NCBI GenBank assembly: GCA_000934665.2
Contig: KZ538970.1
Span: forward strand, 1-38,169
Direction of reading: 5' to 3'
Length of the DNA stretch: 38,169 nucleotides
From: Catajapyx aquilonaris
Lineage: Eukaryota
In this document: piece by piece, positions 11,002-23,200 of the stretch
How positions within the stretch are numbered: the stretch's first letter is position 1
How the letters are laid out: each line of letters starts with the position of its first letter
Position numbers and translations under genes: made by a program
The notes under the pieces: generated by a model
The model's database searches: none
What the model was told of the DNA's origin: nothing
The model's input: only the letters and a program-made list of their open reading frames with translations

Positions 11002-14000
11002 GTAAGAACAGCTGTCACAGGACAAGTGCTCATCATGATCATTGAACCCTGCCTGTCAGTGTAATGTGCATTGTGGATAAGGCACGGACAGTGTGGTTTG
11101 GGTCTGGTGGCATGCAGGTCATTTGCATGTGAGGTCAGTGCATCGTGCATGTCATGATCAAACATGTTGACCACCTGGCACGAGTGACACCTGCACTAAA
11201 ATGGGGGGAAATCTACTGTGGCCTAGTTGTACCACATGAGGTAGACTGGCGACCTAGGCTTATAAATATGGTTTGAAGCAACAGCAATAGTGACACCCAT
11301 TAATAGTGCAAGTTTATCGGCTTGGATGCACCACACAGTTTAATATGGTTATGTCAAAGGCAATGGTATGAAATGTCAGAATTTTTTACCATTGGTTTTG
11401 ACACCATTAAGTCGCAATAGTTGCTTGAAATGTCAATGTGTTCGTTTTTGCCCAGTGTGTTCCTGACAAATATGTAAGCCAATATTGATTCCACATTCCC
11501 TATTGGTATCACGAGAGCAACTGAACATTTTACAAGTTGCCCCATTAGATGTCAGGCAAGTGCAAGTATGCAATAACATTTCGCATCATTCTGAAATGGT
11601 AAATTGCGGCTAATAGGATATGCTGCTGGATACTATTACCACACGAGTGGATAAGAAAGTAAGTTTCACTGTTAAACGGCAGGGGAGTAAGGTAGGCTAA
11701 ATGGAAGATCATTAGTCAATCCAGACTGAAATGTTTATCTGGTATAATGCAGGTCAGTTCATATAGTACTCATTGCCATCAGCAAGGTTGTAAAATGAAA
11801 TACTTGAACACTACAGCAAGTGTATGCTGTATTTCATGCAGTACGTGATCAGTGCTAGAAATCTTATCTGAAGGACTTTGCACGTTAGTCTAGTGCATGC
11901 CTCATTTAGTCAAGACCTTTCATGCTGTCCACATCATAATTTTTGACAACACCTTTGGTAGAAAAGGATTGTCTGGTTAGCCTGTTACGTGGCAACTGTA
12001 CTAATAGTAATTGAGAGTTGGCTGGAATGTAATGTAAACTGCATTTTGTAGTACTGCATGGCTCAGGCATGGCTAGGGTCTTGTCTAAATAAGTCAACCC
12101 ATCATGTACTGTTGTCAAGCGAGGATAATTAGAGTGATTAATATCACAGAGGTTAAAATTGTATTAGTGAGTAATTTTTGTAGTAGAAATCACAACTTCA
12201 TGCCTTGATTCGTATGTTAACCAACTGCCACATTTCAATGCACCTAAGGCCATAAGCCCTATTTAGTTTTGTGCCATGTACACTACATATGCTAATGTTT
12301 GTGCTGCCAACACTGACTCCATGGATTAGCGCAGTATGGCTATGCTAGGTGTGGGTGTCATTGGAATGGAAGGTCATTGACTGGGGCACCTTCTAAAGCA
12401 GAGTCCCTTATCCGGCATTCACCCACCTCCTTTGAATCAAGGTCTACCCTTCACCTCCTGCACCACGCGTCCTGCTCAACACAAGCATGATCAAAGACCT
12501 ATTAACACTTAAACAGCCCTGGGAATATTCATCCAGCAAAATGTCAAGTGTTGACCTGAAAACAGCAACAGTGAAAGTGATGTGCAGTCCCTCAAACCTA
12601 ATTTTCTTCCAGAATGACCTTGTCAAAGCCAATCGATCAGGCTATATTAGACCAATTTAGCATCCGTCATAAGACATAGCCGGCTCCTAAGAAGAAATCT
12701 GACCGGACACGCAATTTCCGCCATGCTTCTCAAAGCATGAAATGGGAAATCATGTTGATAGCCTCCAGACTTGAGGCGTGTCAGCCAGTCAGCGTGAATC
12801 CATCTCAGACCTGTACAAAAAAAAAAAACTAATAGAATTAACTGCTAAATGGCATAACATATTTTTTCTCTATTGAGAAGATATTTTCCATCTGACAAGT
12901 AGTGTGGAAAAAATACATCTGATCGATCTGCTTTTGTGGACGTCACTTCCTAACCCCATTTATGCTAGAACCTGTTTCCATGTGCATTTTGGGAATATTC
13001 GCACAGATATTTTCATATCCTCATTTTTTACAATGATAAGGAGCTGCACTTGACCTTGGATTTTCAGCTGTACTTGAGCTAAAATGGCCATTCCCACACT
13101 TTCGGTTGTTGTGCATTTTCTTTATGAATGAATTTTTAGGGGTTGCCACACACAGCTAGAGTGAATGAAACTGGGGGGTTGAGCAGGTAGTGTGAGTTTT
13201 GAGGGCGGGAGGTGGCAGGAAAAGAAGTAGAGGAGGTCACCAACCTTTGGAAGAGAGTAGACAATACAAAGCTGTGTGGAAGAGTGTGGGAAATGTGGAG
13301 GGAGGGGGTTGGGGGGAGGCAAGGGCTGCAGGAAGTGTATTATTTAGGAAGGAGTGACAGGTCTATCTTTCACTAGAAGTGGCTATTAATAGATAAGTTG
13401 GATATAAGTGGTCAAAGTGGGATTGGCAGGGTTTGATGTATTGTGAACACAGGTTTGAGACAAATTAATTGAAAGGGCAGGTGAAAATTATGGTGTGAAA
13501 TATTTGGGTTGTAACCAGTATTAAAATTGGACTGATGATGACCTTGACTTGGACTATTAAGAGCTGGTTGTATGAATATTAAGGTTAATTACGGAGTTAG
13601 CTAAACCGAGGGATTGCTATCAGTATTATTTGGAAAAGACAATTAGGCTTGATGGGAAATATGGCAAAGTAATTTAAATTTTCAGTTGCATTGGGGGAGG
13701 AAAATTCGAATTATGTAACAAGTGACCCGTATAATGTGGAATTTTTGTTATAACTAATGAATTTTGGTAGTTCAAGAAATCAGTTATGGGAACAAAGTTG
13801 ATGCTAGTATGCAAATCAAAATACCTGATTCTTAGCAGGTGCTCATTTTACATCAGTTGATTTTGGGGAGGCGAAGTGGCGCTGCGGTAACGTATGCGCC
13901 CGCGGATATTAAGGTCCCGGGTTCAATCCCAGCCCGGGGACACCCCTTTCATGTCGTGCACAGTTCAGGGTCACCTCTGGCTTCGTCTCGGGTGGTATTT

Positions 14001-14186
14001 CCAACAGACTAAACCACCCGGGGGAGTTCACTAAAAATGGTCACGTTTAAGACATTGCACTGCACCTTGCACATCCCCTCCTGTCATCCTGCCCGTGGGC
14101 CCTGGCGTTACGTATAAAGGCTCCAATGTACACGACAAATAAAGGTCCGTGCTGCAAACCTCTGATGATGTCAAGCACTACCCCGG

Positions 14187-14246
<60 letters not shown>

Positions 14247-17200
14247 AATAATAATATTATATCAGTTGATTTTCAATGCATTGCAAGGAGCCTATTTGAT
14301 ACTTTGTCCGTTGTGTAGTTGCTTTTTCATGAAAAGGTTACTGAAAAGGCATGGCATGAATTGGTCACCTGAATTGTTGCATGAAACCTAATTCATGTTA
14401 TAAATAGCATGAGCAATTTAATTGCTGAGCATCAAGAGAAGCCAAGATGTGTCTTTTGAAACCAGGCAGCCACTTTCCAAGGCGGCCAATTTGTTTTGAA
14501 GAAGGGTTGCGATGTAATCCCACAGGATGATCCAAAATACTTGTCCAAGTAATATTTGTTGGCACAATTTGTTGGCTATTTGTTGGCACTAAACTGCTTA
14601 GTTTAGCAGCTACTTTTGCAGTTGCTTTTAATGGTTATCGAAAGTATTAGCTGCTAATGATGGTGCAAATACTATTATAAGTTGAGAAATGAATATTCAC
14701 ATGTAAGGCACATCGAGGGTTTTTAAAGCTTAATCTATTAAATAATGCAGCTCAAACAGCTGCACATTGTGTCTGGTAATTACAAAGACCTGGAGAGCCT
14801 CACCTGGGAATGTGTGGGATCCTGTGATAATGCCTGTGCATTGTTGGCACTCCTTTGAATCATCACCCTGGTATAATGTGCGGTTCATTGTGTCATCTTG
14901 AGGGACATATTTCTGTAGCTGTTGCAACAGAGATCCAAAAGTTGATCATCATATCAGGGCCCCTCCGGACTATCCAGGTTATCCGGGGGAAACCTGAAAG
15001 TTGTTGTGGAACACAGGAAGATGTTTGGAATGACTTATTCGGACCATTTAAGTTAAAGGCATGTCATTATTGAAATTCCAAGATATTACAAACACTTACA
15101 AATTCTGCTGTGAGTGTGTGCGACACATTTCCCTACTCTGGGCCCACTCACACTTGTTCGATGATGGCAAGCTTCCATCAGGGGGCACCGGGCTGTCGGG
15201 GTGGTTTCTGCTGGCCACCAGCTCACACTTACGGTTCGGTCCAAATGTCCCAGATCTGTCCTGTTGTCCGGTCCTCCTCCTTCAAAGGGTTGACTGGATG
15301 CCTGAGTATGGTGATAGGCAGCAGGCCATCTGGACCAAGTGGAATCGCACCACACACGCAACAATGTTCACAAAAATCCGAAGGGAGGGAATATTTTACA
15401 TCACAGCCCCAAAGTTGTGTATAATCACCACTGAAGAACCGAAACTAAACATTGCATTGTCCCAAACAAACTCCCATGTTACATACGGAAACAAGGCAGC
15501 AAACGAGCGCGTCAATGATATTTTCTTAACCCAAATAATTCTGACCAACTGCCCCAACCAATCCCGTGCCCGGTGCTGGGCACCTGCCTAAGTGAAAAGT
15601 TACATCTTCACAGATGGAGAGCTTCAACCCGACTGTTCAATTCTCAGGGCTTCTTTCTCCGGTCTCGCTCAAGCTCCGAAGTGACCAGAATGAATTCATT
15701 GGTCAAAAATTAAATACAAAATGAACCTGGTTGGGCAAAGATGACCACATCAACTACATACATACATTACTGACTCCTATTGGCTCTTGAGTGACGCTGA
15801 GAAAAATCAAAAAGAAAACTTACAAGACAGCAACATAACCGGCCATAGTGCAAGGGTCTACATTCCACTCTGCCTCATGCTGCACAAAAGTCCTGATGTC
15901 AGCAGGAGCAAGGCAAACAGGAAGGAATGTTGGTTGGGCCGAACTAACGAGGCAAGAGGAAGGAGAGAAAAATTTATTGGAGGGCTAATCCCGATTATCA
16001 GGGGCAAATGATTAATCAGGGCATGACCCAGGTCATGACAATCATTTTGATTCAAAGGTGATCAACAAAGAAGGGGTTATAGATTGAGATCTTCCCCTTT
16101 ATTCCCGTACAGAAGTGTATGCATAGTTGTGTAGTTATGTTAGTGCTAAGTTAATATTGTACAAGGGGCATTCGGAAAGTCTTGACACTTTATTTTTTTG
16201 TCACAAATACAGGGCCCATGCAGGTAGGCAGATAGGCACACATTATCGATAGAACCCTCCTGGAGCCGAATGCACTGGCACCATGGTTGTGGCAACCTCT
16301 CCAGACCCTACAAGGACCACTTTTTGGAGGTTTGTATGCACCCACTCCCGGACAACTGCTTCTGTTCAACAATGTCCTTAAAATGGCGTCAACGAAGGCG
16401 TTATTTAATGGATTCGAAGAGGTGAAAGTTACTAGGTGCCATATTGGGGGAGTATGATGGACAGTGTGGAAGCACCCAAACCCAGATAAATGTTTAAAAA
16501 CCCTTCGCAGACACCATTTCCAGGACATTGTTGACAGTTGTTAACTATGAGCAGTTGTCCGGGAGTAGGTACAACGTACCTCCAAAAAGTGGTTCCAGAA
16601 GGGCCTGGAGAAATAACCACACCATGGCACCAGTGTATTCGGCTCCAGAAGGGTTCTATAATGTGTGCCTATCTGCCGACCTGCATTGGCCCTGTATTCG
16701 TGACAAAAAAATAAAAGTGTAAAGACTTTCCGTATGCCCTTCATATAATAGAGAAGAACTGACTGAAAACTCTTCTTCCTTCCTGTGTGAAGAAGGCAGT
16801 GGATGAGGGCATGTTGACTTCAGTGGCAGGCACTTTTGAAGCAACTGATGGCAACAATTGTAAAAATATTATTCGAGAATAATTGTTGGCAAATATTTGA
16901 GTGTTAGTCAAAAATAGCAAGGGAAAATAAATGAAAGGTAAAAAATTGCCCCATTCCTACTCCCTCTCCTGTACTATCTATCGAAAAAAATATTAGGCCA
17001 GACCACAGGCCAGACATACCCTGGCACTTTACAACCATCAGCATTCACCTGAGTGTATGGAAAATAACTGTTCTGATGCTTGTATGGCACCAGGATGTGT
17101 ATGGCTAAAACTTTTTTGAGAAGTAACACAATCTAACAGCAATCCTATAGGTGTAATATGAGAGTAAGGTTGATTTTGTATGAGAATATTTTCCATTAAA

Positions 17201-20200
17201 ATTGGCCTAGAAATTTTTATTTAATTTTATGGTGTGTCCACACAGACTTGCACTCAATAAGCTATGGGGATGTTGAAAACTCAACTTTTTGAAGCTAGTG
17301 TAAACTAATCTAACCTAACCTAACCTGGGCTGAGAGAAATGGACTTTTGTGAAACCCTGCAAAATGAAATTATGGGGACATGTCCCCACTATAATGGTAA
17401 TGTTCTCGTGTGTTAAGCTATGGGGACCGAAAAGGTCCCCACAAGTGGGGCAACCCACTTGTGGGGACCTTTTCGGTCCCCAGAGTTACAGTAAAACACC
17501 TGTTTCCATCCCCACAGCTTATTGAAGACAAGAACAGCATGTTCTGTCACAATTTAAAGTAGGAAATTTCAAATTTACAAATATCAAACCATGATTTTCA
17601 CACTGTAAGCAGAGACAGTTGAGTTCTCTCTTACATGGAACTTTTTGCAGCTCTTGAGTGTGACATACTAAAGAGGTTAATTATCAGGAGCTTTAAAGAG
17701 GTGTATGACTTGATGATGATGATAGATTCCCAATTTCCTACTCCAACTTGCTGCTGCAACTGGTTGAATGCCCTTTACACTTGCATAAGTTTCCTTGGTT
17801 TTCCTCTTTTAAAAAAATAAAACAAGTCCTGTCGTTGGTCTGAAAGCTGACCACAGCGAAGGAAAATAACCTGCAATATGCATTAAATTAATGTTGGCAT
17901 GTTCTTGACTAATTGTATAATTGCGTAATAAAACCTGCATTTTCTAGCGAGCTCGAGTGTGGCTTCCAGACAGTGACACAGTATGGCAAGGTGCAGAAGT
18001 CACAGCAGACTTCAAGGCCAACGTACTCCATTTACGAAAAGAAGATGGAAATGTAAGTAGTATTTCCTCATTTAAAATAAGAGTCTGACTCTACTAAACA
18101 TTCACCCAAATTTTTTGGCAACAGGTACTACAGCTTGCCATAAAGAAAGAAGATGATTTGCCACCATTACGAAACCCTGATATTTTGATTGGTGAAAATG
18201 ACTTGACATCTCTTTCCTACCTGCATGAACCAGCAGTCTTACACAACCTGCAAATTCGCTTTGTCAATCAAAATGCCATATATACATACTGCGGTGAGTT
18301 ATTGTTTTAGCCACACCAACGCAATCTCTCATGGGGTGCATTTGTTTCTTCAGGTATTGTCCTTGTTGCCATCAACCCTTATGAAGATCTACCTATTTAT
18401 GGAAATGATACCATATTTGCCTATCGAGGTCAAGCAATGGGAGATCTCGATCCTCACATTTTTGCTGTTGCAGAAGCTGCATTCACCAAGATGGAGAAGT
18501 ATGCATAAGTATTTTTAATCAGGGACTGTTAATAAATGTGCTTTTGATCTGCAGGGATGAAGAGAATCAGTCAATCATTGTCTCAGGGGAATCTGGTGCA
18601 GGAAAGACCGTGTCAGCAAAGTATGCCATGCGGTATTTCGCAACCGTTGGTGGATCATCAACAGAAACACAAGTGGAAAAGAAGGTTCTCGCTTCAAGTC
18701 CCATTATGGAGGTGAGTTTAAACTCTTGACAAATACAGTTTCTGTTTGACTGTACAATTAAAAATTACTTCAGGCCATTGGTAATGCCAAGACAACAAGG
18801 AATGATAATAGCTCACGATTTGGGAAGTATATTGAAATAGACTTCAGCAAATCATACAATATAGTCGGAGCCAGCATGCGAACTTATCTTCTGGAAAAGT
18901 CTAGGGTGGTCTTCCAGGCAAATCTAGAAAGGAATTACCATATATTTTACCAACTCTGTGCTTCCCGTGACCACGAGGAATTGACTGGCCTTAAGCTAGG
19001 TAAGTAGTGGAGGACTTGTTTGCTTGAACATTGCCAATATATATGTTTGGCTTTCAGAGCCCCAGGACAACTTTCACTACACTAATCAAGGGGACAATCC
19101 AGTTATTCCTGGAGTAGATGACACTTGTGGCTTTGAGGAGACTAGAGGAGCTCTTACCCTTCTCGGTTTCAGTCCACAGGAGCAAAGGAATTTTTTCCGC
19201 ATCCTAGCAGCTATTCTCCACCTTGGAAATGTGTCTATTAATGAATCAGGATCTGGGGATCAAGAAGCAAGCTCAATATCAGTGCGTGTGACCGAGTTCT
19301 GCAATTTCCATTTTGTTGTTTTGCATAACCTCATCTCTTAAAGTACTTAAATTGAGAAGGCCTTGGGTGAGACTCCTGGAGTTTTTCCAAGCATATGACA
19401 TACCCAGTCAGCAACCACCAGCTCTCCCGTCCCAAGTCAAAGCCCACTATATGCAGTTTTGCCCGAAAATGAGTTACACATGCAGCGTGAACGGCTGCAT
19501 GAAGGCGCACATATAGGTATTTTTTTCATATTCCTCCCACATTCCCACGCCGAGAAAAACCTGTGGCAAAGTGGCGTGTTCCGTAAGGCAATGTGTGGGG
19601 AAAGAAGGGAAATTATTTATTCCTGTAAAATTACCGAAACAGCATATAGTGGGTTTGCCTTGGGACGGGAGAGCTGTGTTGTTGGCACAAGATTAGAAGA
19701 AATCAAATGAAAGGGAAAAGAAAAAGCAATAAGTTTTTAATCCCATTTTGTCTATTCCATTGGGATGACGTTTCGAGTTCATAGCAAAAGACTTCCTTAT
19801 CAGCTGTGACCCAGGCTGCCAGAGCGTTGTAGATCTGCCCGAGACAGACTTTCAGTGCGTTTGTTTCTGATGCACCTCAATAATAATGTCTCGCAGGAAT
19901 TTTTGCTGACCCTCACTCACAAAATACGAGAAAAATAGTGAAAAGGAATCAGGAAAGGTTTTACGGGGAGCAACTAATTGCAAAGAATTGATAGCTGAAA
20001 TGAAGGTTGAAACTGGGTAACACTTTTTAAAAATCAGGACAACACATGAAAGGTTATTTTCTGTCATGTTTTTTACCTTACTATAATTAGGATTCATTAA
20101 AGTGAATAAAAATGCCTTCACCTATTGGAGTAAGGTAATTTGAGCAAAATATAGACCAGAACTCTCATCTTCCAAGTGGCCTGTCTCAAAGACTAAACGT

Positions 20201-23200
20201 GACCTATGCTTGAGATTTGACATTTCATTTCCCCCCTCAGCCGAAAGACAAACATTTGTTATCTGCTGTAGAACTTCTGGGTATTAGCAGAGAAGAAATG
20301 ATGATGTGGTTGTGCCACAGGAAAATTGTGAGCATAAGGGAAGTGTTTAACAAACCAATGACTGTTTCAGAGGTATGTTGCTTATTTCATGGTTCTTGAG
20401 GCACAATTTTTAACCAATGCTGTATCCCACATTATCCTGCAGGCTTTATTTGCTCGTGATGCTCTTGCCAAGCACATTTATGCAAAACTGTTTGACTGGA
20501 TTGTATGCATGGTGAACAAATCTCTTGCAACATCTGAAAAAGGCCACAAGTTCATCGGCGTTCTTGACATATATGGTTTTGAGACATTTGAGATTAATAG
20601 TTTCGAACAGTTTTGTATTAATTATGCCAATGAAAAGCTCCAACAGCAGTTCAATCAGGTGAGACTCAGAAAGAGAGGTTTTAATATGTTATTATATGAA
20701 GCTTGTTGCCATTTGCAGCATGTATTTAAACTAGAGCAAGAGGAGTATGTAAAGGAGCAGATTGAATGGAAATTCATCGACTTCTATGATAACCAGCCTT
20801 GCATTGACTTGATTGAAAGCAAGCTGGGAATTTTGGACTTGCTTGATGAAGAGTGTAAGGTGAGAATTTAATGGTCTTCGTGTTGCAACATTTCCATCTG
20901 CATGGAATTAGATGTGAGTTTCTGTACTTGTATCATCAGTCCAAAAAGAATTGTCTCAGTCATCCTGATGTGTGTGCTGCCCGCTCGACACACATTATGG
21001 AACTTACATGGTGTGTGTCGAGCGGCCAGCCCACACGTCAGGATGACTGGGACAGTTCTTTTTGAACTGTTGATATCAGTGTTATTTTGTAGTCCTGACC
21101 CACCTCTTTAATGCAACCCACATGTAGTAACTTAGGACAAACAGTAATGCCCATGTGAAGGCAAGATGTTATCATGTCTTGCATATCATGTTTTAAAAGA
21201 TATTACATCCTGTATCTTCATGAGTGCCTTATTAGCCTAAGGTATTTCATTTGTGTTGGGGTGTGGGATCGCATTCAGATAAAAGTAAGACGTCTATTCA
21301 TATGAAGTTTCGAGCACACTTGTTCTCAACCCCACAATTTGCACTCATTTTGTTTATGGGCCTTAGTGAGTGAGGAATGCTCCATGGTTCAGAAATAGCT
21401 CAGTGGCTGAGTTGTCACTTGAGTTGAGGGCAGTTTTAGGTTGAATTCCCAGCAGGTGTATTGATCTACATTTTGTCCTGTTTGAATTTCACCATGTCTG
21501 CCTGCCTTAGTATTTACTTAAATATGCCTGCTTCCATTTCTTGTAACTACTGTTCTGTCTGCAGATGCCTAGAGGATCAGACCAATCGTGGGTGGACAAA
21601 CTCTTTGATAAGTGCAAGAAGTCGGAACATTTCAGCAAGCCTCGGCTGAGCAACTCCGCATTTATCATTCACCACTTCGCTGATCTTGTGGAATATGAAT
21701 CAGTAGGGTTTCTGGAAAAGAATCGGGATACAGTTATAGAAGAGCAGATCAACATCTTAAAGGCCAGTCAGGTGAGTTAGGACTTGGGTGATGGTGAAAT
21801 TTAATTGAGGGTACTTTTTTTTCACCATTTGTAAGAGTATAATCAAAATACAATGCACAGTGGGAAATGCTTCCAGGTAAAAAATTTGGGATGGTCAAAC
21901 GAGTAGCTGGAATAAAGAGGAACTGCACTATTTTCCTGCTAACACCTGGGGCAGGAATAGCATGGTGGTTACTTGGAACATGCAGACTGTAATGTGTTGG
22001 ACATAAATCGAGGCATACTGCTAGCGACATTTTCCGAAGTGGCAGAAAAACTAACCGAAGCAATGCAATGAGTGAGACAGGAGTGAGATGCGTGCGAGCA
22101 AGAAGTGGTGGGCTGTGCAAGTAGTGTAGGGGAAGGGTTGGCATTTTTAAATGTGCAGGTATAATCGTATGGGACAAGTTGTAGAGGCAAGTCGTATGGC
22201 GCAGTGCAACAGTAGGACTATCGTATTTCTGGTGACAGCGACTCTACACGAGACCTTGAAGGTGATTAGAAACGGACTGTTTTAAATGTGTCGTGGGGAA
22301 CAAAGGCTGTTTCTCCCCCGTCATGAGGCTATTCAGCAATAAAAATTCCAAATTATGAATAAGTGATGCTTATATGCACTTGAAGAACCCTGAACCCCAT
22401 CATCAAGTATATATAAAGCCCCTAAACGAGGAGGATATATAGGAGGAGGAAGAGGATGAAAAAGATTTCGCACTTCCCGGTGTCGCAGAGACCTCGGACT
22501 TGCACCGTTGGATTCCTTGCCACCAGTTTACAATATCCAAAAATCCTCATAATCGCAAAATTCCCAGCCGTTTTGGAGATCGCCAAATTAAATGTAGACG
22601 CAAACCCGAGATCGCGAAATTAATGTATCCGCAAACTCTCCTGGTTCCCCGAGCGGCCAACAGACGAGAGCCACCATCGCCTGCACCAGCACCACCCACT
22701 ACCTCCCACGGGGGGGCCCCTCGAATCCTCCTCCCCTACCCACCGCCGCCACCACGTCATCTGTTATTGCGTCATGTTGCCTTTTCACGATACGTCAACT
22801 AGGGCACATTCAGATATACTTCACACCTTTAGTAGTGACGTCACGGGTTCTGCAAACGGATACCACCTCGCTCCGACCTATTTTTGCGTAACAAGACTTG
22901 CTGTGTTCGCGTCGGAGATTGTCGGAGGAAGTGTGGGGCGGCCGGCTGCACTTGCGCCGGAACAATTCGCGCCGAAGGCACGCAAATCGGTAGCACTCAT
23001 TGTTGTTGGTTGATTGGTGGTTGATTGGCTTGGTGGTGGGTTGGTTGATTGTTGCAGGTGTGGTATTTGTCATGCTTCATTGGTGACTCCGTTGACGACA
23101 TACTCCAGGTTATTGTTGCCAGCTCTCTAGCGGTGCCGGGTAGGCCCGGGCGGGAACGCGTAGCGCCGAAGGCGAGTCAACCGGGGCGCAGCCCCAAGGG

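Noticed and set aside
12330..13850. Possible old SINE/LINE debris (also 32080-32600)
   Set aside because: Motifs are too degraded to call by eye.
14149..14391. Poly-Leu membrane/signal peptide ORF
   Set aside because: Translation of a (TTA)n SINE tail.
15061..15591. 176-aa + strand ORF
   Set aside because: No recognisable domain; antisense to LINE remnant motifs.
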